Assembly (NCBI GenBank): GCA_918797485.1 | Contig: CAKKNE010000002.1 | Coordinates: 5,084,001-5,148,000 of the forward strand | Reading direction: 5' to 3' | Length of the DNA stretch: 64,000 bases | Source of the DNA: Pelagomonas calceolata | Lineage: Eukaryota | Translations under genes and position numbers: made by a program | Shown: positions 20,615-31,228 of the stretch, one piece after another | How the letters are laid out: each line of letters starts with the position of its first letter | Numbering within the stretch: the first letter of the stretch is position 1 | The notes under the pieces: generated by a model | The model's input: only the letters and a program-made list of their open reading frames with translations | Databases searched by the model: none | Told to the model about the DNA's origin: nothing

Positions 20615-21460
20615 TTATGACGCCACGGCCACGCCCGACACGACGACGCGTTTCAGGGGCTTGAACTGCGCGCACGTCGCGTCCGGGTTCGCGTACTCGC
20701 AGGCCCGCGCGATCTTCGACCCCAAGGGAGGCACGTCGCCCAGCGACACCAAATCTTTTTTCGCGGGGATGGCGTTGAGGGCGTCGAGCACCGGCAGGTC
20801 CTCGTCCAGGACCCGCCCTATTACAACAAGCTCCTCCTTGTCCAGGCCCGGATTGGTTTTGGGGGTGATCGTGAATTCAAACGCCCCGCCGCCGCGTTTG
20901 ACGCTCACGGCGCCGCGCTGCGACGGCCGCAGGTCGCCGCCGGCCTCTGCTGTGAAGGAAGGCGGTTCGCGCGCCGCGAAGCTCGAGTCGATGCGCCCAA
21001 AATCCACACGTTTATCTGGTACTAAACGCCACATCTGCGAGTTCACGAGGTTCACATCAATGCCCTGCTGGTCCAAGCAGATGCGCTCCTGCGCGCGCGC
21101 GGAGGCGGCGGCTCGCGCGAGGCCCGGCTCGTCCACATCGGCGCACCGCGCCCGCAGCGTGCCCCGGCAGAGCGCGAGAAAATATTCCGCCGACTTCGGC
21201 GCGTTTTCCGGCAGGATTTCGATGCGTAAAGGTGCCGACGGTGCCCGCGCCACGTTGAGCTCGAGCGTGACGAGCGTGCCGGCTGCTTTGGCCGGCAGTA
21301 CGACGCTGTTGGCAGCGGCTGCCGCGGCGGCGCCGAGGAGCGCGCGTCGCGTCGGCAGCGTGGGAGCAGCAGCAATCCCAGGTGCAGCAATGCGATGCCT
21401 GACATTGTCGAGGGATGCGGCACGACTGGAAATCGCTGCCGCAAGGATGAATGCTCGCAT
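20615..21460 (-). CDS. Cyclophilin-like protein, probable thylakoid-lumen type
   Basis: Signal peptide, TRRALLG..AKAA twin-arginine-type lumen signal, IEILPENAPKSAEYFLALC, EFTITP..NPGLD..VVIGRVLD. Confidence 0.8.
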   Translation of the reverse strand: MRAFILAAAISSRAASLDNVRHRIAAPGIAAAPTLPTRRALLGAAAAAAANSVVLPAKAAGTLVTLELNVARAPSAPLRIEILPENAPKSAEYFLALCRGTLRARCADVDEPGLARAAASARAQERICLDQQGIDVNLVNSQMWRLVPDKRVDFGRIDSSFAAREPPSFTAEAGGDLRPSQRGAVSVKRGGGAFEFTITPKTNPGLDKEELVVIGRVLDEDLPVLDALNAIPAKKDLVSLGDVPPLGSKIARACEYANPDATCAQFKPLKRVVVSGVAVAS

Positions 21461-21531
21461 GTTTGCGACGCTCGTCCAGTCCTGCTGCAGCAGCGGCAGC
21501 TAACGAGCTAGGATCGAGCAGCCAAGCGGAG

Positions 21532-21554
21532 CTAGCGGGCGTGTAAGACACTAG
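21532..21554 (-). promoter_or_regulatory. CTAG-bipartite motif copy (rc CTAGTGTCTTACACGCCCGCTAG)
   Basis: Between divergent cyclophilin and 1811-aa genes. Confidence 0.65.
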
Positions 21555-21855
21555 GGATAAAAGAACACCGATTCCAAACGTCCTTCGACGCCTCCGAGCG
21601 CTCATCGACGGGTGAGCGGAGCCATAGGAGGAGAATCGGTGGCAATTTTGCTCGTCGGTTGGCAGCAGTGCGACGAGCAATAACGTGCTGTTGCTCTGCT
21701 GCCGACGAAACGCAGGCTGCAGACACCTCGCAACGCGGCTCCAGTCGCGCGCGAGCACCGTGGCACGAGGGAACACCCCACGAAGACTGCTCGCAGTTAG
21801 TTTGTAGGGGCAGCCCCAAACAAGAAGCCCCGCAACCGCAGCCGTAAGCAAGACC

Positions 21856-24800
21856 ATGGCCCGTAAAAAGGACCGCAGCCGCAGCCGCAGCAGAGAACCA
21901 GAAGGCGAGAGCCTCATGGACCGCGCGGCGCGTTTAGCTGGAGGCGGCTCGCGGCCGGGCACGGCGTCGAGCGTCGGTTCCGACGACGACTGGCGCGGCG
22001 GCGACCGCGAAGCTTTAGATGCGGCGAGGCAAGCGCGGCGGGAACGGAGCCGGTCAGCTCGGAAAAAGCAGAAGGAGCGGGACGACAAGCATGCGCCCGT
22101 CGAGGAGGCCAAAGAAGAGCCTCCATCGTCAGAACTGATGGACAAGCTCCACGCGCCGCTCAAACGATGCTTGAAGCAACTGAAAGAGGGCGCGGAGAAG
22201 GCCGTGGGCAAGCCCGTGCCGTTCGCCGTGGAGACGCAGCTAAACGATGCCGTTCAATCGCTGCGAGACATCTGTTCGTCCTACGATGGAGTGTGGCGCT
22301 CTTGCATCGCACCTCCATTACGGGGCAATGCTTTCGAGGGGCCCTACGAGCAGTTGTTCGGCCATTTGCAGGAAGAACCTGGGTCGAGTAAATCGCAGCC
22401 GAGGGACCTCGGGTCTACTTACAGGTGGCTATGTGCCGTGACTGAGTTAACCATCGGTGCGGAACTACGAGCTTTAAGCAAATCCTCGGACGCCAAAAAA
22501 TATTTGCTGTGGGACCGCATCAAGAAGGGCTGTCGAGCTTTATGTGAAAACGCGCCCAAAAATTTAGATATTTTTGCGAGTCAGGCGGGCCGGAAACTAG
22601 AGGACCTAGGCGGTCACCGAGGCATGACGCGACTCGTGGTGGAGAATGCTGGGAAAATACCTCTCATCGCCGCCAAGTGCCTCGAAGCGTCGCTCATTGA
22701 CCCGCCCAAGCTCACAGTAGGAACAAGTGTGGAGTTTGCTAAAGGTGCTGATGAGATCTTAAGTAAGGGCTCGGTCGTCGGTGTGTCTGGGAGGACCTGT
22801 GATATTGAGTGTGACGGCACGACAGTTAAAAACGTCCTCATCGATAAAGTGAGAAGGTTTATATCTATACCGGAGAGTAAGGCGGTGGGCGCGCTCCAGA
22901 AGTGCGACATTGTTTTGAGGGTTCTGAAACCAGCATTAGAAGGTGTGGACGTCGGAGCGTTCGCTTCATTCGTAAACGGCAAGGCGTCGATCCCCGAACG
23001 ACTCATAGCAGGCACTTCCACACTCGTGACGCGTCTTCACACATCTTCCGTAAAGGATGCGCTGACTCTGTTGAGATTAGTTGACGAGGACTTAGACACC
23101 GCCGCCAAAACCTTCGACGCCGCGTCGACAGCTCTGAGTGCCGGCGTCGAGGCCGACGTCCGGCCGGGGACACTGTCAGTTCTACTGGAGTTGGTGAGAG
23201 CGGCCAAAACTGCTTCCGACATCGAAGAGAAGCCTGCTGAGGAAGCTCCGGTGGAAGGTGATGAAGAGCGGCGCTCCCAGGCCATCTGTAGTCTGGTGCG
23301 GGGGCCGCCTCTGTTAAAACCGCTCGTCGCCGACATCGTGAATGGTAAGCTCCAAGCGACGCGCCTCAAACAGCGACTGGAAGCTGCCAAGTCCGAAGCG
23401 GCGGCGTTGGGGAACGACGATTCGAGTTGGGATACGGTAGAATTAGCGAAGAAGGTCGAACGAGCTTTAGCTTTGGAATTGTGGTGCTCGCGGCAACCAC
23501 CTCTCACCACTTTCTTGAAGGAGGACCCGGCCCACCTACTAAGAGCTCTATCCTCATCAAAACACGGTTTGCTAGATGTCGCTCAAGATCTGACATCACC
23601 AGGCGCGCCTCTGTGGGCGCCGATGCGGTGCGCGCGTCTCAGTAGTGCAATCATGAACGGTGACGAAGACGACTTCGGGGACCGGGACCTGAAAGTGGGA
23701 CAGGCTTTGATGACCGTGACGTGGCCGTTGCCCTCTTCACCTACAACTTCTGGGGAAGAAGCTCGCGCCGCGATGCTCAAGGCGGATTCGATAGTGCGGG
23801 GCTGGGCTTTAAGAGCCGTGGAAAACGGAGGCGCGAGAGCGGGTGATGATGTGGCGGACCAACTCCAAGAGACGGCGTCACGCTTTGAATCACGAAGCGG
23901 CTCGACAGCCAAAACGGCCGAAAAATCACATGCTATCAAACGAGGCGCGAAGACCGGCACCGAGAAGGCTACTTCAGAATCGGACTTCTGGAAACTCGTG
24001 AGAGTCGCCAAGGCGTCGGTGGCCGTCCGCACGGTCGTGGTCGAGGACGACGAAGAGGCACCGTCTCCAGCAGCGTGGAAGGGCGGGAGCATGCCCATCA
24101 GTGACGAGGGCGACGCGGCCACGTGCATGAGTGAACAAGGCGGTCACGTCGTCGGCTCGCAGCCTCTATCATCGTCCGTGGAGTTTGAGGTGCTCATGTG
24201 GGGCGGCGGGAGATTAGGTGTTTTTGAAGGCAGTGAACCTACGACCCTGGAAGCGGGCTACTTCGACGACCAGGGATGGGGGTTAGGAGAGGGCGGTGTT
24301 CATAGGAAGGGCAAGGTGTTGCGAGGGGTAGAAGGCTTCGAGCTCAAGTCGGGAGACAAGGTCACGGTGACCCACGAGGCTTCTCAAAAAATCCTGACGT
24401 GGAAGGTGAACGGCGAGGACATGTTGAAGTTGGCGTGTCGGAAGGTCAACGGGCCTGTCGTACCGTGTGCTGCTCTACTCCAAGGTTCTGTGGTGCGCCT
24501 GACGTACCCTACTCCTGCTCAAGTTCAGAAACCTACAGATCTGGAGGGAGCCGCCAAGGCCGCGTATGCGTTAGATCAGAAAACATCCCAGGTGCTGCTA
24601 GCTTTGGAAGCGCAGAGCGAGAGAAATGAGGCGATGGAGCAACTGTGTCGGAGCGTCAAGGAGGCGGTGGCCAAGACCGACTACGATAGTGCTATATCTT
24701 TCAGTCGTAAGGTCGACGGTTTGGAAGCATGTTGTCATTGGCTCGAGGACGAGCTCGAGGGCGAAGCGAACGGGCCGCAGTTCGCGCTCTGTAAAAGGGC

Positions 24801-27291
24801 AGCCCCGGAGCCCGCGTTCCGCGGCTACGCGATTCGCAGCGCGCGGTGCCGCGAGAACAGTGTGGTAACTGAAGAGGGAGATGACTCACCGACGAAAGTC
24901 GAGCTGCGGTGGCGAGCGCTATGTCGGGCCCAGGTCCGCGTGGCGCGCTTGGAGACGTTGATCCAAGAAAAGTTTTCCGAGGAAGCCACTGAGAGAGAAT
25001 TGGAGGGCGTCGAGGAGGAACAAGAAGAGGAAGAAGAGCAAGCCACGCCGCGCGTCGACGCCTACGTCGAATTCAGTCGGGAGTGCGGCCTGCCGCGGCC
25101 CTCCGTGAACGAGGCCGCGGCGCTAGCGGCGCGGTTCGGAAGAGGCTGGCTCCGCCTGAAGAAGGCGTGTGGGAGCGTCCGAAACGCCGAGACGGCGCTC
25201 CTGTTCCCGAAGGACCCCATCCAATTGCCCCGTAAAGAGGTAGAGGACGAGGAAGAAGAGGAGTCAGAACAGCCGCTCGAGGCCTCGACGGACCCGGACC
25301 ACGTCTGGGGCCCGCCCGAAGCCCAAGTCATCAAAGCGCCGAAGAGCGCGCGCAAACAGACTGCTTCGTTAACAGCGGTCTGGGCCGACCTCGCGCCCTT
25401 GCTATGTTGTCGCAGCGACGAGCCGCTCGACACCGAGGCCATCGCCTCTGTCGTGGATGAGGCCCTCCAAACTACACAATGTGCGGCCTTCGACGTCATG
25501 AACGCTCTGTCTGCCGTCACTGGCGACGTGCAAGCGACGACTAACTCAAAGCCAGGCTGGCGGCCAAACGGGAAATTGGATTTACACAGAGACTCGTCGG
25601 CGGCGGCGAGGAGCCGGGGCGAAGGCACTCGTCATGACGAGGAGGAGACGAGACAGCAGACGCCCTGCGAGCGGATTGCGGAGCTGGGTCTGGCGAAGGC
25701 GATCCGACAACACTCGCGCTTCGCTCTGAGTGGAGACGCCTTCGCGGCGCACGTTTCGAAAGTGATGGGTTGTGAGAGTGAAGATGCTGATTCTCTACAG
25801 CAATTAGCCGACGACTGGGACTATGGGAATGTGCCCGATCCTTTGGTGAGGGCATTACGGAGGGCCGGTTTTGTGGACGCTGATGACAGCTCAGAGCCAT
25901 CGTCCGGGAACGCTTTGGAAGCGCCCTTGGTGAACGGTGAAATGAATAAAGTGTTGTCCTTTGATGATTTCCATGCTGCTTTGGCCTCGGAGCGCTTCGG
26001 ATGTGTACAAGCGCCCGATTCACTCAAGAAGTTAATTGAAGCGCGGTTCCGGCCTTCTAGCAAGGCCCAGGGGATCGTCGTCGGTGCTTTTTTGGACTGG
26101 ATTCTGCCGAGGGGTACGGGCTTGCCGCTGCAAGTCAACGACGAAGTCGTGACAGTGGACGCGCGCGGCACGGTGGGAGACGCTCGTTTAAGGATCTCCC
26201 GCAACGAAGGCACGCTGAAATGCGACGGGAGTATTGTACCGAAATCAGGAGACCACCGGGCGGCGTTCCTCGTCTTCACGTCCGATGATATCGAGTTTGT
26301 AGAGCGCACGAAGACGACGACGAGGTCACACGGCTTCATCCGGAGACCGCCCCCGCGCACGAAGGAGGCCATGGACCACGCCTGGAATAATAGAGATCTG
26401 AAAAAACCTCATCATTGGTCGAAGCTGTGCATCGCCGCATTTCTGAAGCGCAAGGGGTATGATGATGAGCTCATTGAGGCCTTTGAAGAGAGAGCCGTGG
26501 ATGGTTATATGTTATTTGGGAGAGGCAAGGAGTCGGTCGCTTCTTTAGCATCATTGGAGGCGTGGGGTGCTGACGACCCGGAGCCGTTGCGAACTGACCT
26601 GATCAAGGTAAGATTATTAGCGGAAGGGCACAACGACCCGACGGAACGAGCGAAAGTGCTCCAAGAGTGCGGCTACGACCTAAGTAGGCGGAACGGCGAC
26701 GTCGTCGAGCAAGCTCATAGTGGCGTGTCTGAGAAAGTACAGGAGCGGCGGGCTGTCCAGAGAGCCGTGGACAAGCTGAAGATCGCGTCGCGCGAGACGC
26801 CTTTAGAACCGACGTTCAAGAACACGGCCATGGCGCGCGTGAAGGAAATTGTTGATGGGGAAGATGCGGAGACCGTCGGCGCGCTGCGCGAACTCGCCGA
26901 GGACTGGCTGAAGTCGAGGATGCCCAAGCCCAAGAAGGTCGCGCGGCGATTGCCGAGGCGGCCGAAGCGCGGCGTGCTCGTTTCTGCGGCGCCGGTGAAG
27001 CCTCAGCCTCCAGCGCCGGCGCCGCGGCCGCCCGACGAGGCGCAACGCGGCGTCGCCGGATTATTTTCGTTTGCGGCAGCTAGACAGGCCTTCCGCCAGT
27101 ACTCCGGTGATGGTTTGACGGGTGTTCACGACGCGACGTGGCGCGACGCCTGTAGAGCTGTCTCCGAATTAGTGGACGAGTCCGGCGACGCGACGCCCGT
27201 CTTCCTCGCCGAGTTCACCAGTCAGTTGGAGCTTGATTTGGGTGCGGACGTGCGGCGGCCGGTCGTGGACATGGATGAGCCGATCTGGTAA
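21856..27291 (+). CDS. Large hypothetical protein (1811 aa) with possible SPRY-like and SAM-like segments
   Basis: Uninterrupted 5.4-kb ORF; LKSGDKVTV..ILTWKVNG..PVVPCAAL (SPRY-like); WSKLCIAAFL..AFEERAVDGYML (SAM-like). Confidence 0.75.
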   Translation: MARKKDRSRSRSREPEGESLMDRAARLAGGGSRPGTASSVGSDDDWRGGDREALDAARQARRERSRSARKKQKERDDKHAPVEEAKEEPPSSELMDKLHAPLKRCLKQLKEGAEKAVGKPVPFAVETQLNDAVQSLRDICSSYDGVWRSCIAPPLRGNAFEGPYEQLFGHLQEEPGSSKSQPRDLGSTYRWLCAVTELTIGAELRALSKSSDAKKYLLWDRIKKGCRALCENAPKNLDIFASQAGRKLEDLGGHRGMTRLVVENAGKIPLIAAKCLEASLIDPPKLTVGTSVEFAKGADEILSKGSVVGVSGRTCDIECDGTTVKNVLIDKVRRFISIPESKAVGALQKCDIVLRVLKPALEGVDVGAFASFVNGKASIPERLIAGTSTLVTRLHTSSVKDALTLLRLVDEDLDTAAKTFDAASTALSAGVEADVRPGTLSVLLELVRAAKTASDIEEKPAEEAPVEGDEERRSQAICSLVRGPPLLKPLVADIVNGKLQATRLKQRLEAAKSEAAALGNDDSSWDTVELAKKVERALALELWCSRQPPLTTFLKEDPAHLLRALSSSKHGLLDVAQDLTSPGAPLWAPMRCARLSSAIMNGDEDDFGDRDLKVGQALMTVTWPLPSSPTTSGEEARAAMLKADSIVRGWALRAVENGGARAGDDVADQLQETASRFESRSGSTAKTAEKSHAIKRGAKTGTEKATSESDFWKLVRVAKASVAVRTVVVEDDEEAPSPAAWKGGSMPISDEGDAATCMSEQGGHVVGSQPLSSSVEFEVLMWGGGRLGVFEGSEPTTLEAGYFDDQGWGLGEGGVHRKGKVLRGVEGFELKSGDKVTVTHEASQKILTWKVNGEDMLKLACRKVNGPVVPCAALLQGSVVRLTYPTPAQVQKPTDLEGAAKAAYALDQKTSQVLLALEAQSERNEAMEQLCRSVKEAVAKTDYDSAISFSRKVDGLEACCHWLEDELEGEANGPQFALCKRAAPEPAFRGYAIRSARCRENSVVTEEGDDSPTKVELRWRALCRAQVRVARLETLIQEKFSEEATERELEGVEEEQEEEEEQATPRVDAYVEFSRECGLPRPSVNEAAALAARFGRGWLRLKKACGSVRNAETALLFPKDPIQLPRKEVEDEEEEESEQPLEASTDPDHVWGPPEAQVIKAPKSARKQTASLTAVWADLAPLLCCRSDEPLDTEAIASVVDEALQTTQCAAFDVMNALSAVTGDVQATTNSKPGWRPNGKLDLHRDSSAAARSRGEGTRHDEEETRQQTPCERIAELGLAKAIRQHSRFALSGDAFAAHVSKVMGCESEDADSLQQLADDWDYGNVPDPLVRALRRAGFVDADDSSEPSSGNALEAPLVNGEMNKVLSFDDFHAALASERFGCVQAPDSLKKLIEARFRPSSKAQGIVVGAFLDWILPRGTGLPLQVNDEVVTVDARGTVGDARLRISRNEGTLKCDGSIVPKSGDHRAAFLVFTSDDIEFVERTKTTTRSHGFIRRPPPRTKEAMDHAWNNRDLKKPHHWSKLCIAAFLKRKGYDDELIEAFEERAVDGYMLFGRGKESVASLASLEAWGADDPEPLRTDLIKVRLLAEGHNDPTERAKVLQECGYDLSRRNGDVVEQAHSGVSEKVQERRAVQRAVDKLKIASRETPLEPTFKNTAMARVKEIVDGEDAETVGALRELAEDWLKSRMPKPKKVARRLPRRPKRGVLVSAAPVKPQPPAPAPRPPDEAQRGVAGLFSFAAARQAFRQYSGDGLTGVHDATWRDACRAVSELVDESGDATPVFLAEFTSQLELDLGADVRRPVVDMDEPIW

Positions 27292-27322
27292 GTACTAGTA
27301 CAAAAATAGAATTACTATCCCT

Positions 27323-28769
27323 CTAGTAGTGATCGAGGTCAATTTCGATTCGCCCCACGACCGTGGCGAAGTTTGGGGGGAGGTCGAGCAAACGAATGCC
27401 TCGCGCCTTGTATTTCTCCTGCCGGAGGAATAGTTTGGCGAACCAGTTGTGGTGCATCCTCGGCGGGGGTAAATAGCCACTTGGCTCATATGTAAATTCC
27501 GCGCTCCACTTCGGCTGCCCTTCCCGCGGCGTCTCGAAGACATGGCATATCGCATCCCACGTTTCCTTCAAAGTATATAAATTTCGTGGGTTGTCAAAAT
27601 GTATTCTCGTAGGTGGGTTCTCCAGCAACTTGTCCGCGAACGCGCTCATCAGCTCGAGCCGCCGTGGGTCCATGCGCGTCTCGCTTCGGAACGAGCGGTG
27701 CGGATCCGGGATGCGAAAAACGCGGCCGTCCCAACTTGCTTTTGAGATGTTGAGGTCACATGATGCGAGCAGGGTCCGGGCATCCGCCACGTTGGTGTTC
27801 GCGATCACGAGGTCGATGATCTTTTCTTCATCAAGCCGCCGGTCGTAAGAGAAGGCGTCCGTGTCCGCCGCGGCTCGGATGCGGTACTCCGGCGCGTTCC
27901 AATCTTCAATGAACCCATAGGCCCCTTCTGATTGAAGGCCATCAAAGGATGCGTTGCGTGTGTCCATGTCGCGAGTCGCGCCCGAGGCCCACGCGGTCGC
28001 GTCGGCTAGCGAAAATTCTTCACGGTCAGAGTCATCAGAGTCATATTCGTCGAAACAATAGCCTTCTTCAGGCGTCAGCGAGTAGCCCTCCGTGTGATGG
28101 ACGCGACCTGTGCGCAAATCAATCAGTGAGTCGCGTGCACCGATAATTCTTCACAATGCGACGCGATGCGACAATTTGATTTATGCACAGGACGTGACAC
28201 TCCATCGCTTTTCCCATGAGGTCTGCGCCGAGGTCGAGATACATGCAATTGGGACCGCATTGCACCGTCGACAGCGTCAGGCCCCTGCCGCAGAGTCGCG
28301 AGCGCACCCCGGGCGCCGCCGCGGCAGTCGTGAAGATATCAACGTCTATCTTGTCCTTGTAATACTCAGAGTCAGGGTCCATTTCGACACGGCGTCTCGC
28401 GCCTGGGTACTCATCACCCGTCCACACCGTACCCAGCACGCACTGCGCCATCGTCGACCCGGCGATCAGCGCGCCTGGCCGCCCGTCCGCGTCCACCAGC
28501 GCCTTGAAATCGACGGCCTCCGGCGAGACGCCGCGTGCCTTGAGTACGCGTGCGAGACTGCTTTCCAGCGACACGCGCAGCGCCCGCGTCGCGCGCGGGA
28601 CGTCGTTTTCCTTGACGTGGAATGACTTCGCCGTCAGACAGAGCGCGTACGTCTGCGGCGGCCTCAGAAACCCTGCCAGTGTGCGGAGGCAGTGCGCCAT
28701 GGTGCCGGCGGGGGCGGAGTGGTACTTTTGGGCATAGCTGGCACAGGTGCGCCTCGGACGGCGCGCCAT
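27323..28769 (-). CDS. Hypothetical protein; one introner-type intron (28108-28198)
   Basis: ORFs 28119-28769 and 27323-28117 join in frame (ME-C-RVHHTEGY); ALIAGS..DIDVDIF and CDLNISKASWDG may indicate a nucleotidyltransferase-like fold. Confidence 0.7.
28108..28190 (-). mobile_element. Introner: 83-bp non-autonomous TIR element with 8-bp target-site duplication
   Basis: TIRs CTGTGCGCAAATCA / rc CTGTGCATAAATCA (12/14); flanks GACGCGAC (28100-28107) and GACGTGAC (28191-28198); splicing from the TSD GT to the element's terminal AG restores the frame. Confidence 0.85.
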
Positions 28770-28849
28770 GATGGAGCAAGGCTGCCCGAATTGAACTCCT
28801 GGAGTCCTGCTCTTCCTGATGATCGATTTGGTTGGGCTTGCTATGCTTG

Positions 28850-28871
28850 CTAGTGTGTTACAGGCCGCTAG
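28850..28871 (+). promoter_or_regulatory. CTAG-bipartite motif copy (CTAGTGTGTTACAGGCCGCTAG)
   Basis: 80 bp upstream of the 28769 ATG. Confidence 0.65.
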
Positions 28872-29047
28872 TTATTGTTATCCACCAATTTTTCGACGCC
28901 CAGCCGCCAGCCGCGCGAGTTTGTGAGGGCGGTAGAATTCGACGTATTAGCACACGAGTCAACGCCGACAATTATTAGTTAGCCCGCGGAGACGCGACGC
29001 GCTCGCGAGAAAAACAAGAGCCTGCAGCAGTTTCAGTAATCAGTGGA

Positions 29048-31228
29048 TTATGAGGCTCGCCTGCGCGATACTCTTGCTCGTCGGAGCCCGCGGGGCCGGC
29101 GTCGCGCCCGCCGAGACGCTCGCCAGCGCCGTGCCGGCGGAGAAGAAGAACCCGATCGACGCCGTCGAGGCGACGTACGGCCGCGTAGTAGCAATCGCGT
29201 CACTTCGAGATGACCTTCTCTGGCGGCGGAGTAAATAGGCGAATTTCCTAGGCGACCGCTGCGTCTGTTAATATCTACCTTCCCCTCATCGAGTAGCACT
29301 TCGACGACTCTCCGATGACCCTTAGAGGCAGCGACGTGCAACGGTTCCCGGTCACGCACTGTACCGTTTAAGCTTCCTAGCGTAGCGTTTGCATTTTCGC
29401 GCAGAAGAAGCTGGACGGCCTCCGTCTTCCCGGAGTCCGCGGCGATAATAAGTGCTGTGTACGCACCTTCCCCCATCCGCCGTCCCGCCAAGTTCACGGC
29501 CGCGCCTGCCCTCAGGAGCATCTCCATCATCTGCGTATCTCCTCTGCTCGACGCAGTGCAAAGAGCGGTCTCCGTCCAACTTTTGGACCGTCCAAATACT
29601 AGGCACGGGTAGTCGACGTCGACACCCTGGCTGATCGAGAGCTGCGCCGCTTCAATATCGCCGTCTGCAACCGCGTCGCAAAACGCTTCGGAGGCGGGAA
29701 CGCGGCCCTCCAATAAGGCGACGACCTCGTGATGGCCATTTTCCGACGCGATGTCGGCTGGAGTCCAGCTATCCGGGCCCCACGCGATCGACGCGTCGGC
29801 GCCGTGGCGCAGGAGGGATTTTACAGCCCGAAGCGCCCCAAATTGAGCGGCATAAAATAATGGCGTACAACCTTCGTCCGAGAGGCCATTTATGGCAAGC
29901 CGTCCGTCGTCGAGCAACACACTCAACGCTGCAGTACTGTTTACTTGCGCTGCTGCGTGGAGACAAGAGAAGCCGCCTTTCGCAATCGAATGACGGGGAT
30001 CGACTAACTCTAGTAGAAGCCGCACGATGTCGCTGTGGTTACGCTCGGCTGCTGCGTATAGGGCGTCGCGACCATCAGTCGTCTCGATTGACACGTCCGC
30101 GCCGCGTTCTACTAATGCCACGACCGCCCCGAGCTGACCATTTTGTGCAGCAAAATGTAGTGGAGTTCTGCCTGCATCGTCAAGACCGTCCATAGGAAGC
30201 CTACCGTCCTCCAGCACAACTTCTAAAACTGCAACATTGCCTCTTTCGGCTGCTATGTGGAGCACGGTAAAGCCACCCGGATTATACGTCGCGTCGAATG
30301 GATTGACTTCGGAATCCTCCAACAGGAGCTGCACGATCTCGCCGTGGCCACGTTCGGCTGCTATGTAAAGAAGATGGAGGCCCTGGCTGTCCACGACGTT
30401 CGCATCGGCGCCCCAAGAGAGTACCACCTTGAGGACTTCCGTGTGCCCATGGAACGACGCGATATGTACAGCGGCAAACGTCCCTGTTGTTGTCAGGCAT
30501 GGATAGTCGACATCGACGCCATTGCTGAGGGACTTCTCCACCGCTTTGGCATCGCCGTCCTCGACCGCGGCGCAGAACGCTTCGGAGGGGGTCCATCCCT
30601 CGGCCTCCTTCAGTAAGGCGGCGACCTCGTCGTGGCCGTTTTGCGACGCGACGTCGGCTGGAGTCATTCCATTCCACGCGATCGTCGCGTCGGCACCGTG
30701 GCGCAGCAGTGCCTCAATTATCTTGAGCCGGCCTTCCTGGGCGGCTTGATGTAATGGGGTATGGCCTTCTGTTGTACGGCCGTCAATCGGCAGCCGTCCG
30801 TCTTCGAGCAACGTCTCTAAAGCTGCAGTACCACCCTGGAACGCTGCTACGTGGAGGGGGCCGGAACCGCTTGGCTTTAAAATCGAGTCCCGGGGATCGA
30901 CCTCCGCGAGCAGAAGCCGCACCACATCGCCATGTTTTTCCTGAGCAGCAATGTAAAGAGGAGTCCCGCCCTGATGGTCCACGATGTTCGCATCGGCCCC
31001 GGCCTCTAATAGCAACCGCACGACCTCCGTGTGCCCGTTTTGCGACGCGATAAACAGAGCGGTCTCTTTCCCGATTGATGTGGGGCACCGATAGTCGATG
31101 TCGGCGCCATCGCGAATGGACTTCTTCACCGCTTCGAGATTCCCATCATTAGCCGCTCGGCAAAACGCTTTTGAGGCGGCCGCGTCCGCGGTCGCCGCGC
31201 AGACGAGCGCCGCGACCAGCAATCTCAT
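29048..31228 (-). CDS. Ankyrin-repeat protein with signal peptide; C-terminus apparently broken near 29183
   Basis: Many TPL..AA..G...VV.LLL..GAD repeats in three super-units starting (S.)AFC.A..DG; last ~45 aa look out of frame. Confidence 0.85.
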   Translation of the reverse strand: MRLLVAALVCAATADAAASKAFCRAANDGNLEAVKKSIRDGADIDYRCPTSIGKETALFIASQNGHTEVVRLLLEAGADANIVDHQGGTPLYIAAQEKHGDVVRLLLAEVDPRDSILKPSGSGPLHVAAFQGGTAALETLLEDGRLPIDGRTTEGHTPLHQAAQEGRLKIIEALLRHGADATIAWNGMTPADVASQNGHDEVAALLKEAEGWTPSEAFCAAVEDGDAKAVEKSLSNGVDVDYPCLTTTGTFAAVHIASFHGHTEVLKVVLSWGADANVVDSQGLHLLYIAAERGHGEIVQLLLEDSEVNPFDATYNPGGFTVLHIAAERGNVAVLEVVLEDGRLPMDGLDDAGRTPLHFAAQNGQLGAVVALVERGADVSIETTDGRDALYAAAERNHSDIVRLLLELVDPRHSIAKGGFSCLHAAAQVNSTAALSVLLDDGRLAINGLSDEGCTPLFYAAQFGALRAVKSLLRHGADASIAWGPDSWTPADIASENGHHEVVALLEGRVPASEAFCDAVADGDIEAAQLSISQGVDVDYPCLVFGRSKSWTETALCTASSRGDTQMMEMLLRAGAAVNLAGRRMGEGAYTALIIAADSGKTEAVQLLLRENANATLGSLNGTVRDREPLHVAASKGHRRVVEVLLDEGKVDINRRSGRLGNSPIYSAAREGHLEVTRLLLRGRTSPRRRRSGSSSPPARRWRASRRARRRPRGLRRARVSRRRAS

